Source of the DNA: Thermoanaerobaculia bacterium
GTDB taxonomy: Bacteria; Acidobacteriota; Thermoanaerobaculia; Multivoradales; J023
Assembly: GCA_030431255.1 (NCBI GenBank)
Contig: JAUIJL010000005.1
Coordinates: forward strand, 29,313-93,312
Length of the DNA stretch: 64,000 nucleotides
Reading direction: 5' to 3'
The notes beneath the pieces are model-generated. The model saw only the letters and a list, made by a program, of their open reading frames with translations. It did not search any database and had not been told where the DNA came from. The first letter of the stretch is position 1, and every line of letters starts with the position of its first letter. Positions 8,904-17,415 of this stretch are shown in pieces. Both the position numbers and the translations under genes were made by a program.

Positions 8904-11900
8904 TCAGCTCTGTCCGCTGGGGGTCGCCACCGCCAAATCGTAGGCAATCCACGCTTTCAGCAGCTCCAGCTTGGCCAGGGAGCTCTCGGTCCGCTGGCGA
9001 CGAAGGGCCGCTTCGGCGACCAAGAGATCGTTGGTGGTCGAACGACCCGCCGAATTGCGCTCTTGCTCGACCCTGAGGGTTTCGCCGGCCAGCTCCGTGC
9101 CCCGGGCCCTGACCTCCACCGCCCTTCGAGCCACGGAAATCTGGGCCAAGGCATTTCGCACCTGAAGCTCAACCCCTCGGCGGAGCTCCACCAAATCGGC
9201 TCGCACCGCCGCTGCCTCGGCCTCGAAGGCCGCTCGTCGGGGAGCCCGTGTGCCTTTGGCAAAGGGCACCCAAGTGACGTTGACGGTTCCTTGGACCAGC
9301 TCCTCCGGGCGAAACGGATCGCCGTCGGACTGCTGTAGGCTGGCCACCGCTTCGAGCTTCGGCAGCCGTTCCGCCTTGACCGCCTTGGCCCGCAGCTCCA
9401 AGGCCCTGAGCTGAGCTTCCAAGGCCCGTAGATCATGCCTTGAGGCCAAGGCCGTGGAAATTGAATCTTGGAGGGAGGGCTCGAATTCGCGGTCGTGCTC
9501 GCCGTCCCATTTGGGCTCCGCCCCGCCATCGAGGCCGAGAGCCCGGCCGAGATCCGCCACCGCCACCTGCCGCTGCTCTGCCAAACGGCTTTGATCGAGC
9601 TCACCGGACTCCAGATCCAGCCGAACCTTCAGCACCTCGGCCTGCAAGATTCTTCCGGCTTCGACCCGCGCCTCCATCTCCTCCACCCGGGCCTTCAAGC
9701 TCTCAACAAAGGCTTGGGTCGCTTGGGCGGCCGCGTCGAGGGACAACACCGTCAGCCAAGCGTCCGCCGCTTCCGTCGCCAGCTCTTGACGCAGCCGCTG
9801 GGCTTGCAGACCACGGGCTTCGGCCACGGATTCCGCGGCCGGCGACTCGTAGAGCAGGTTTGAAGGATCGAAGATCGGTTGGCTCACCTGGAGCACCAAA
9901 GAAGTGCTGGTCCGATCACCGAGGGTAAATCCCCCGATGGGAGTTTCGAAATCGTAGTCACGATCTCGCCACACCCAATCTCCGACCACCGCCACAGAAG
10001 GAAGACGAGCGGATCGACGGCTCGCCACCGCGGTTTGCGCCGCGGCTTCCGCCCGCAGATCAGCGGCCTTCACCAAGCCTCGGAGGGCGGCCAGCTCCAT
10101 GGCTTCGGCGAGGGTCACGGCTCGCAAGGGCTCGTCCCGGCCGGTGGCAGGCTCGACGGAGCCATCGATATCGACGGCTTGCTCCGTTTCATCCCCATGG
10201 TTTGGCGAGCCCGTGGCCGCGGCCGCAGGATCGACCCACACCAAACCCGTCACAATCACCACGAAAGCGATCGAAGCCGCCGCCAGGGATCTGCGCCCCA
10301 TGCCCAAATTCTTCCAGCTCGGACGAACGAAGAAGAGCTTGTAGAGGGCCGGGATCACCAAGAGGGTGAGCACCGTCGAAGCCATCAACCCCGAGATCAT
10401 CGCCCAGGCCAAGGGCGGCCACAGGGTCGCGCCGGAAAACGCCAAAGGCGACAAACCGGCCACAGTGGTGAGCATGGTGAGCAGGATCGGACGCGCCCGG
10501 CGTTTCACCGCCTCGGTCAAGGCCTCATCGATATCGGCACCTTCTCGACGCCGGGTTTCGATCACATCCAACAGCACGATCGCGTTGTTCACCACGATGC
10601 CCACCAGGGAAATGACCCCGAGCATCGACATGAAACCGAAGGGTTGGTTCGAAAGGATCAGCCCGGGCACCACGCCGGTAGCCGCCAACGGCACCGTGGC
10701 CATGATGATCGCCATGCGCCGGAAGGAATTGAATTCCAACAGCAAAAAGAAGAGCAACAACAGCAGACCCAGTGGCATCTTCTGCAGAATCGCGGCGTTG
10801 GCTTTGCCCGACTCCTCCAGCTCGCCGCCGAGCTGCAAACGCACTCCCGCCGGCAGATCGAGCTCCGCCAGCTTCGGCTCGAGCTTTTGCGAGACCCGCT
10901 GCGCGGTGACCCCTTCCGCCAATTGGGCCTGGACCTTGACCACCCGATTTCGGTGCTTGTGGTGAACCGCCGCTGGGAGCCACTCCACCTCGAGGGATGC
11001 CACCTGCTCCAAGGGCACGGGCTGCCCGCCGGGCACGGCCACGTCGACGGTGGAGAGGTTATCGGCGAGGAATTTCTCCCCTTCCGACGACCGCACCTTG
11101 ATCGGAATCGGGTCCTCGCTGACCCGATATTGCCCGATCTCCATACCCAAGGTGCGACCGAGAAGGGCTTGGGCCACGTCCGTCCGCGCCAAGCCGTGAC
11201 GGGCGGCGGCCGCATCGTCGATCTCGAAACGCACCGCCGGCGCTCCCAGGCTGAGATCGTGGCGAACATCTCGGGTGCCTTCGATCGAGCGCAGGGCCGC
11301 CAACACCTCGTCGGCCACCCCTTCCATTTCTTCGAAGTCGTGACCGACCACCATGATCTCCACCGGCGCCTCAATGGGCGGACCTTGCTCCAAACGTCGT
11401 GCCACCACCGCCGCTTCGGGGACCTCCAACCGAACCCATTCCCGCACCCAATCGATCACCGGCTCCACGGACTCGAAGGCATCGGTTTCCGCCACCAACA
11501 TGGAGCGGTGGGGCGAATTGGGCCGAGACAGCAGGTTGTAATAGAACTTCGGGCCGTTGCGACCGACGAAGGTGCCCACCGACTCGACGTGGACATGTCG
11601 CATCAAGGCCGCTTCTAGCCGCTTGGCCACGCCGTCGGTGGTTTCGATGTGGGTGCCTTCGGGCATCTCCAGCTCGACGATCACGGTTTTTCGATCGGAA
11701 GCGGGAAAGAATTTCACCTCCACCCACCGGGCGCCGAAGACGGTCAGCACCAACAACAGAGCCGCGCCCATCAATACCCAGCCGGAGCGACGCACCGCGA
11801 GCGCGGCGATGCTTTCGGGCATCTTGGAAAATCGGCTCTCGCGGTTGGCTTTCGGTCGTGCCTTGAGCATCAGCTCCGAAAGCACGGGGGTCACCAAAAT

Positions 11901-13325
11901 GGCGAAGAGGTAGCTGACGGTGAGCGACAACATGATCATCACCGGAATCGTGCGGGTGAAATCAGACGTGTTGCCCTTCGCGATCAGCATCGGAACAAAG
12001 GCCGCCAGGGTAGTGCCGGTCGCCGTGCCCAGGGGCACGGCCAGCTCCTTGACCGACACCACCGCAGCTTCGTGCACGGGGATGCCTTGGTCGAGGCGAT
12101 ATTGGATGTTCTCCACCACCACGATGGCGTTGTCCACCAACATGCCGAGGGCGATCACCAGAGCGGCAATGGAAATTTGGTGCAGCACACCGCCACCGGC
12201 GGCGAAAATGCCGATCGAGCCGAAGGCCACCAACGGCACCACCAACGCCACCACCAAACCGAGCCGAAGGCCCATCGCAATGAAGAGGATGCCGGCGACG
12301 ATCAAGATGCCCAAGCGCAGAGAGCCGGTCAGCTCCTGCAAACGGCTCTTGACCAAGTCCGGTTGAAAGATCATTTCCTCGATCGACACCCCATCCAACC
12401 GTCCGGCCGCGGCCTCGACCGTCTCCCGGACCTGGTCGCCGAAACGAACCCGGTCAATGCGATCCTGGGGCACCACCGCCACGCCGATGGCCGGCTCCCC
12501 ATTCCAACGCATGATCTCTTGCTCGGGCTCGGCCGGTCCCCGTCGCACTTTGGCCAGCTCGCTCAACGGCACCGATGAGCCCGAAGGCAGCAGGATGGGT
12601 GTCTCCCGCAGCTCCTCCAGGGAACGCAGCTCCGTTTGGGGTCGTAGGTTGGCGGTTTTTTCACCCAAGTAGATCAAACCGCCCGGCACGATCCGGCTGC
12701 GCTGGGCCAGCTGCAAGCCGAGCGCGCGGGGGTTGAGACCCAAACGACGGGCCGTGGCGTCGTCGTATTCGATCGTGATCTGCTCACCGGGATCGGCGAC
12801 GAGCCTCACCTCTTTGACCCCGTCGAGGGAAAGTAAATCCCGCTTCAGGGTCTCGGCGGCGTGTAAAAGTGCCAACGGATCAGGGGATCCGACCAAGGCG
12901 TAAACGATGGCTTCTTGGGACACCAAGTCGTCGTCGAGCTCGGGATCGTAAACCCCGGAAGGGAATTCGCGCCGGGCCTCGTCGATGGCGTCTTCCACCT
13001 CGTCCCAAGCCGCGTCCGTGTCGTAGACCGTTTCCAACAGCTCCACGTGCTGGATGGCGACACCGGCGCGGGCGGTGGAATCCACGTAGTTGATGGTCGA
13101 CACCTCGGCGAGATGCTCTTCCAAGGGCTCGACCACCATGCGCTCGACGGTCAGCGCGTCCGCGCCGGGAAATACCGTCACGATCAAGCCGTCACGATGG
13201 GGAAATTGCGGGTCTTCCTCCCGCGGCATGGTCAGCCAGGAGCTGAATCCCGCCACCGCCAAGAGCAACGTCGTGGCAATCACCAGCCGACGACGTTGTA
13301 AGATGCCGTCCAACAGCTTCATCAC
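8904..13325 (-). CDS. RND efflux permease (AcrB/CzcA family, about 1030 aa) fused in-frame to a C-terminal TolC-like outer membrane factor domain (about 440 aa)
   Basis: N-terminal 12-TM RND architecture with two large periplasmic loops. After the last TM comes a signal-peptide-like segment (MGRRSLAAASIAFVVIVTGLVWV), then an OMF-like coiled-coil/beta-barrel repeat sequence (TolC-type duplicated repeats, rich in AEA/LRA heptads). The 1473-aa frame is uninterrupted in the ORF track. Confidence 0.8.
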   Translation of the reverse strand: MMKLLDGILQRRRLVIATTLLLAVAGFSSWLTMPREEDPQFPHRDGLIVTVFPGADALTVERMVVEPLEEHLAEVSTINYVDSTARAGVAIQHVELLETVYDTDAAWDEVEDAIDEARREFPSGVYDPELDDDLVSQEAIVYALVGSPDPLALLHAAETLKRDLLSLDGVKEVRLVADPGEQITIEYDDATARRLGLNPRALGLQLAQRSRIVPGGLIYLGEKTANLRPQTELRSLEELRETPILLPSGSSVPLSELAKVRRGPAEPEQEIMRWNGEPAIGVAVVPQDRIDRVRFGDQVRETVEAAAGRLDGVSIEEMIFQPDLVKSRLQELTGSLRLGILIVAGILFIAMGLRLGLVVALVVPLVAFGSIGIFAAGGGVLHQISIAALVIALGMLVDNAIVVVENIQYRLDQGIPVHEAAVVSVKELAVPLGTATGTTLAAFVPMLIAKGNTSDFTRTIPVMIMLSLTVSYLFAILVTPVLSELMLKARPKANRESRFSKMPESIAALAVRRSGWVLMGAALLLVLTVFGARWVEVKFFPASDRKTVIVELEMPEGTHIETTDGVAKRLEAALMRHVHVESVGTFVGRNGPKFYYNLLSRPNSPHRSMLVAETDAFESVEPVIDWVREWVRLEVPEAAVVARRLEQGPPIEAPVEIMVVGHDFEEMEGVADEVLAALRSIEGTRDVRHDLSLGAPAVRFEIDDAAAARHGLARTDVAQALLGRTLGMEIGQYRVSEDPIPIKVRSSEGEKFLADNLSTVDVAVPGGQPVPLEQVASLEVEWLPAAVHHKHRNRVVKVQAQLAEGVTAQRVSQKLEPKLAELDLPAGVRLQLGGELEESGKANAAILQKMPLGLLLLLFFLLLEFNSFRRMAIIMATVPLAATGVVPGLILSNQPFGFMSMLGVISLVGIVVNNAIVLLDVIETRRREGADIDEALTEAVKRRARPILLTMLTTVAGLSPLAFSGATLWPPLAWAMISGLMASTVLTLLVIPALYKLFFVRPSWKNLGMGRRSLAAASIAFVVIVTGLVWVDPAAAATGSPNHGDETEQAVDIDGSVEPATGRDEPLRAVTLAEAMELAALRGLVKAADLRAEAAAQTAVASRRSARLPSVAVVGDWVWRDRDYDFETPIGGFTLGDRTSTSLVLQVSQPIFDPSNLLYESPAAESVAEARGLQAQRLRQELATEAADAWLTVLSLDAAAQATQAFVESLKARVEEMEARVEAGRILQAEVLKVRLDLESGELDQSRLAEQRQVAVADLGRALGLDGGAEPKWDGEHDREFEPSLQDSISTALASRHDLRALEAQLRALELRAKAVKAERLPKLEAVASLQQSDGDPFRPEELVQGTVNVTWVPFAKGTRAPRRAAFEAEAAAVRADLVELRRGVELQVRNALAQISVARRAVEVRARGTELAGETLRVEQERNSAGRSTTNDLLVAEAALRRQRTESSLAKLELLKAWIAYDLAVATPSGQS

Positions 13326-14452
13326 CGATCCCCCTCGGTGGATCCCTCGACCGGTTCCACAGGCTCACCGTCGAGCAGACCTCGCTGCCCCCCTACGACC
13401 ACCCGATCGCCGGGGGACAGCTCCCCTTCGACCACCACGGAGTCGCCGATCAAGGCCCCCACCTCGAGCCGAACCTTTTCAACCCGATGGCCACCTTCGG
13501 CCGCAACGACTTTGAATAGGGCGGGTTGTCGCCCTCCGGGATTGATCACCGCTTCCACCGGCACCGTCATCGCTTGATCCGAGGTCAACGAAATCCTCAG
13601 CTCGGCGGTCGCGCCGACCACCAGACTCGGATCCGCAGCCAACCGTGCGACCACCGGGAAGAGCCTGCCGGCACCCGCGGCGGTCCGGCCCACGGAATCG
13701 ATGGTGGCGTCGAACGGCTTGGGCCCCTGATGGGGCAAGAACACAGCTGCGGAATCCCCTTCGGAGATCCGAGGCACGACGCTCTCGGGCACCTCGACCT
13801 CCACCTCCAGATCACCGTCGCCGGAGAGCACCAGGACCGGCCTGCCCGGCGACACAAATTCCCCGGGCTCAAAAAACACCTCGGTCACGGTGCCCTTGAA
13901 GGGGGCTTTGAGCCGAGTCTCGTCGCGCAATCGCTCCGCTTCCCGCAAACGGGCGCCGGCCGCGTCCTCGCCGGCCCGCAGGGCTTGCAAGCCGGCTTCC
14001 ACCTTTTCCAGCTCCTCCGCGGTCGCGGCCTTTGCGGACAAGAGCTTGCGAGCACGCTCAGCGTCCCGCTCTGCTTGGGCGCGGCGGGCCTGGAGCTCAG
14101 CCAAAGCCCCTTGAGCTCCGGCCACCGCATTCTCCACCTCTAGGCCGTCGAGCCGGGCGAGCACGGCGCCCTTCTCCACCACATCCCCGACCTCCACCGG
14201 GCGGGCGACGATGCGCCCCCCCAGCGAGAAGGCAAGGCGCGCTCGTTCGACCGCTTGGGTGACGCCGGAGAATCGCAAATCCCGCTGACTGGAAGCGGAA
14301 TCGACCCTGCCAATTTCTACCCGCTTGGTCGGCGCCTTACGGCTGTCCGAGCTCACCGCCGGCTCTGAAACTCCGGTCATGTAGACGGCGGCGATGAACG
14401 TGGTGAGACCCACCACGACGTTTCTATGTCTGTTGAGAATCGAGAGGATCAC
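13322..14452 (-). CDS. RND efflux membrane fusion protein (HlyD/AcrA-family periplasmic adaptor)
   Basis: N-terminal TM, biotin-lipoyl-like hairpin and long coiled-coil (LQARRAQAERDAERARKLL), beta-barrel and MP domains. Stop overlaps the RND start (ATGA). Confidence 0.85.
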   Translation of the reverse strand: MILSILNRHRNVVVGLTTFIAAVYMTGVSEPAVSSDSRKAPTKRVEIGRVDSASSQRDLRFSGVTQAVERARLAFSLGGRIVARPVEVGDVVEKGAVLARLDGLEVENAVAGAQGALAELQARRAQAERDAERARKLLSAKAATAEELEKVEAGLQALRAGEDAAGARLREAERLRDETRLKAPFKGTVTEVFFEPGEFVSPGRPVLVLSGDGDLEVEVEVPESVVPRISEGDSAAVFLPHQGPKPFDATIDSVGRTAAGAGRLFPVVARLAADPSLVVGATAELRISLTSDQAMTVPVEAVINPGGRQPALFKVVAAEGGHRVEKVRLEVGALIGDSVVVEGELSPGDRVVVGGQRGLLDGEPVEPVEGSTEGDR

Positions 14453-14599
14453 GATTTTTCTCCAATAAATCGGCCGACCTGACTATGAACTGGCCAACCG
14501 GTCAATATCGACAACAACATACCTCTACGCGGTGATTCATCCAGGGTTGCATCGAATCGAGAATTCAGGTCCGGCGAGGTTAGGTTTCGGTCTCAGGGA

Positions 14600-15289
14600 T
14601 CACTCGGTCTCATCCCTCGGAGCACGGACCCCTTCAAAGAAAATCTTCACCATATCCCGCAGATATCGCTCGTCCAAACTTGGGCCATCGATTTCGGAAT
14701 CGACCATCGAGAGAGTCAAACAGTGGCTTTGGAACCAAGAAAAGGGCAGCGCAATCAAGGTTTTGATAATGAAAAACGGCTCCAGATCTCGCCGAATCCG
14801 CCCTTCTTCTTGCGCTTCTTGAATCTTTCGGATGCCGATTTCGAAGAGCTGCTTCTCAGGATCCGCCGCGCATTGGCTGTCTTCCTCCTCCACAAAGCGC
14901 CAGCCCATGAATCGCACGGATTTGGGATCGTTTTGCAAGAACCGGAAATACGCGACCAAAGACTCTTCCAACAAGGTCTCAGTGGATTCGGATTGCTCCA
15001 AGAGCTGCATTTGAAGGTCGAAGTATTCTTTGAAGTGACGATCCTGAACCGCTTGCCAGAGCTCTTCTTTCGAGCCGAAATGGTGATGGATCAAGCTCTT
15101 GGTCACCTCGGCTCGCCGAGCCACCTGGCTGATCGAGGTGGCCGCCGGCCCATGGCAAGTGAAGAGATCCTCGGCCGCATCCAAGATAGCTTTGCGCGTG
15201 GCCTCTGGATCCCTCCGGCGCCGAAGATCCGCGGACTCTTCTTCCTCCGGTGACGCTTTGGGAGGGGTGTCGCTGAGATAAATGGCCAT
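14600..15289 (-). CDS. TetR/AcrR-family transcriptional repressor
   Basis: HTH: ATRKAILDAAEDLFTCHGPAATSISQVARRAEVTKSLIHHHFGSKEELWQAV. Directly upstream of the MFP-RND-OMF genes on the same strand. Confidence 0.85.
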   Translation of the reverse strand: MAIYLSDTPPKASPEEEESADLRRRRDPEATRKAILDAAEDLFTCHGPAATSISQVARRAEVTKSLIHHHFGSKEELWQAVQDRHFKEYFDLQMQLLEQSESTETLLEESLVAYFRFLQNDPKSVRFMGWRFVEEEDSQCAADPEKQLFEIGIRKIQEAQEEGRIRRDLEPFFIIKTLIALPFSWFQSHCLTLSMVDSEIDGPSLDERYLRDMVKIFFEGVRAPRDETE

Positions 15290-15325
15290 AGCGCTCGCTT
15301 TCTGGGCTTCTGAAGATTTCGGTCC

Positions 15326-15360
15326 GCGAACCGGTCGGCCTATTAACTGACCGGTCGGCC
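15326..15360. promoter_or_regulatory. Candidate TetR operator: two copies of (a/g)accggtcggcc, containing the self-palindrome gaccggtc, 20 bp apart in the tetR upstream region. Related ggccgacc/aaccggtc elements recur at 14460-14497 upstream of the MFP gene.
   Basis: Direct repeats and palindromes read in the sequence; function inferred from position only. Confidence 0.3.
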
Positions 15361-15477
15361 AATAATAATTGGTAAGGAATCTGAGGTCAAGCGGTGAACC
15401 AACCCACGGGCTTTGGTAGTCTGACCCTTGGACCGAAAGAGAGTCCAGTGAGCCGTCATTCGAATCGGAGGTGATGT

Positions 15478-17415
15478 ATGTGTGGGATTGTAGCGATGTT
15501 CTCCCAGGGAGGGACCCTACGGCGAGAACGTCTCGCGGCGGCCGTCTCCTCGATCGAGCACCGCGGCCCGGACGGTGAGGGTCTGTGGCTCTCGCCGGAT
15601 GAAAAGGTAGGGCTCGGGCACCGTCGGCTTTCGATCATCGATCTCGAAACCGGTGCGCAACCGATCTCCGACGACGATGGGCGGGTGATCGTCGTCAACG
15701 GAGAGCTCTATGACTTCGAGCGGATTCGAGAGCGCCTCCAGCAAGCGGGCCACCGATTCCGCACCGACTCCGATAGCGAAATTGCCTTACACCTTTTCGC
15801 CGAGCACGGCTCCGGATGTTTTCCACATCTGCGCGGAGAATTCGCTTTTGCCCTATTCGACCCCAACCTGAAAGTTCTTTTTGCGGCCCGCGACCGATTC
15901 GGCATCAAACCCCTTTTCTATGCCCAGCACGACGGAGTGCTTTACCTCGCTTCGGAGATCAAGGCCCTCTTCGCCGCCGGCGTGCCGGCGAGATGGGACC
16001 TCGAGTCCTATTGGGACCGAGGATTCCTGCTCCGAGATCGCACCCTCTATGCCGGGGTGCACCAAGTGCCGGCAGGATATGCTCTCATCGCCACGGAATA
16101 CGGCGTGCGGCTCGAACGGTATTGGGACTTCTCCTATCCTGCTGCCGAGGATTCGACCTTGGAGACCTCACGCCAAAGCGAGCAGGAGAGGGTGGCCGAG
16201 CTGCGCCGATTGTTGGATGAATCGGTGGGGCTGAGGCTGCGGGCGGATGTGCCTGTGGGAGTCTATCTCTCCGGAGGGTTGGACTCTTGCACCGTGCTCG
16301 GCTTGGCGGCACGGTTGCACAACGCCCCCGTCGATGCGTTCACCCTGTCGTTCGAGGACATTTCCAGCGGCAATCCGGTCTTCGACGAGGGGGACATCGC
16401 CCGCGAGATGGCCGAGAGCACCGGCTCCCACCTCCACCTCCTGAGGGTCAGCCAAAAAGATCTGGCAGACTCCTTCGCCGATGCCGTTCGACACGGCGAG
16501 ACCATCTGCATCAACGCCCATGGAGCGGCCAAATTCCTGCTCAGCCGGATGGTCCGGGATCACGGCTACAAGGTGGTCTTGACCGGCGAAGGCGCGGACG
16601 AGGTCTTCGGTGGTTATGCACCGTTCCGCCAAGACATGTTGCGGCACAACAACGAAGGTCAGGATCCGGACACCCTGCAACGTTTGCTCGCCATGTTGGA
16701 GGACACCAACGCCGTCAGCTCTTTGGTGATGGCCGAGGAAGATCCGGAGGCCGCGGGTTGGTTGCGTCGGGAGCTGGGATTCGAGCCTGCCCATCTGGCG
16801 GCCCTGCGGCCGTGGATGAGCCAGCTCTCGCGGCTTTGTCGGGACGGTTTCGGCGAGATGCACTACGAAACCATGATCGATCGCTGGCTCGTTCACCTCG
16901 GCAACACAGCCCATCTCGCCGCCATCGAGCCGGTCCACGCCTCCATGTACCTGTGGTCGAAAAGCATGTTGGTGAGCTACATCCTGGTCAATCTGGGGGA
17001 TCGCATGGAGATGGCCCACTCCATCGAGGGGCGGGTTCCCTTCCTCGACCACCACTTGGTGGATCGGGTCACCCAATGGCCCGTCCACACCAAGATTCGG
17101 GGCATTACCGAGAAGCACATCTTGCGGGAAGCCGTGCGCGATGTGCTGACGGACACGGTCTATCGTCGGCAAAAGCACCCCTTCACCTCGCCGCCTAGCA
17201 CCGCGGAAACCGACGGCGCCCTCTTCACCTTAGCCCAAGACACCCTGCGCAGCCGGCAGATGGCGGACCAGCCCTTTTACGATCCGGCCAAGGTGAGCCA
17301 CTTCCTCGACAAGCTCAAGGGCTTACCTCCCGGTCCCCGGCTCGGGGCCGACGCACTGGTGATGGAGATTCTCAGCCTGGCTACCCTCCAAGGCTGTTTT
17401 TCGCCCTCCGCGTGA
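15478..17415 (+). CDS. asnB: Asparagine synthetase (glutamine-hydrolysing), AsnB family
   Basis: N-terminal MCGI (class II amidotransferase catalytic Cys2). SGGLDS PP-loop motif. 645 aa. Confidence 0.9.
   Translation: MCGIVAMFSQGGTLRRERLAAAVSSIEHRGPDGEGLWLSPDEKVGLGHRRLSIIDLETGAQPISDDDGRVIVVNGELYDFERIRERLQQAGHRFRTDSDSEIALHLFAEHGSGCFPHLRGEFAFALFDPNLKVLFAARDRFGIKPLFYAQHDGVLYLASEIKALFAAGVPARWDLESYWDRGFLLRDRTLYAGVHQVPAGYALIATEYGVRLERYWDFSYPAAEDSTLETSRQSEQERVAELRRLLDESVGLRLRADVPVGVYLSGGLDSCTVLGLAARLHNAPVDAFTLSFEDISSGNPVFDEGDIAREMAESTGSHLHLLRVSQKDLADSFADAVRHGETICINAHGAAKFLLSRMVRDHGYKVVLTGEGADEVFGGYAPFRQDMLRHNNEGQDPDTLQRLLAMLEDTNAVSSLVMAEEDPEAAGWLRRELGFEPAHLAALRPWMSQLSRLCRDGFGEMHYETMIDRWLVHLGNTAHLAAIEPVHASMYLWSKSMLVSYILVNLGDRMEMAHSIEGRVPFLDHHLVDRVTQWPVHTKIRGITEKHILREAVRDVLTDTVYRRQKHPFTSPPSTAETDGALFTLAQDTLRSRQMADQPFYDPAKVSHFLDKLKGLPPGPRLGADALVMEILSLATLQGCFSPSA

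Noticed and set aside
9879-12578. 579-aa and 309-aa plus-strand ORFs antisense to the RND gene
   Set aside because: His/Arg/Gly-rich composition, no motifs, and they fully overlap the RND-OMF CDS.
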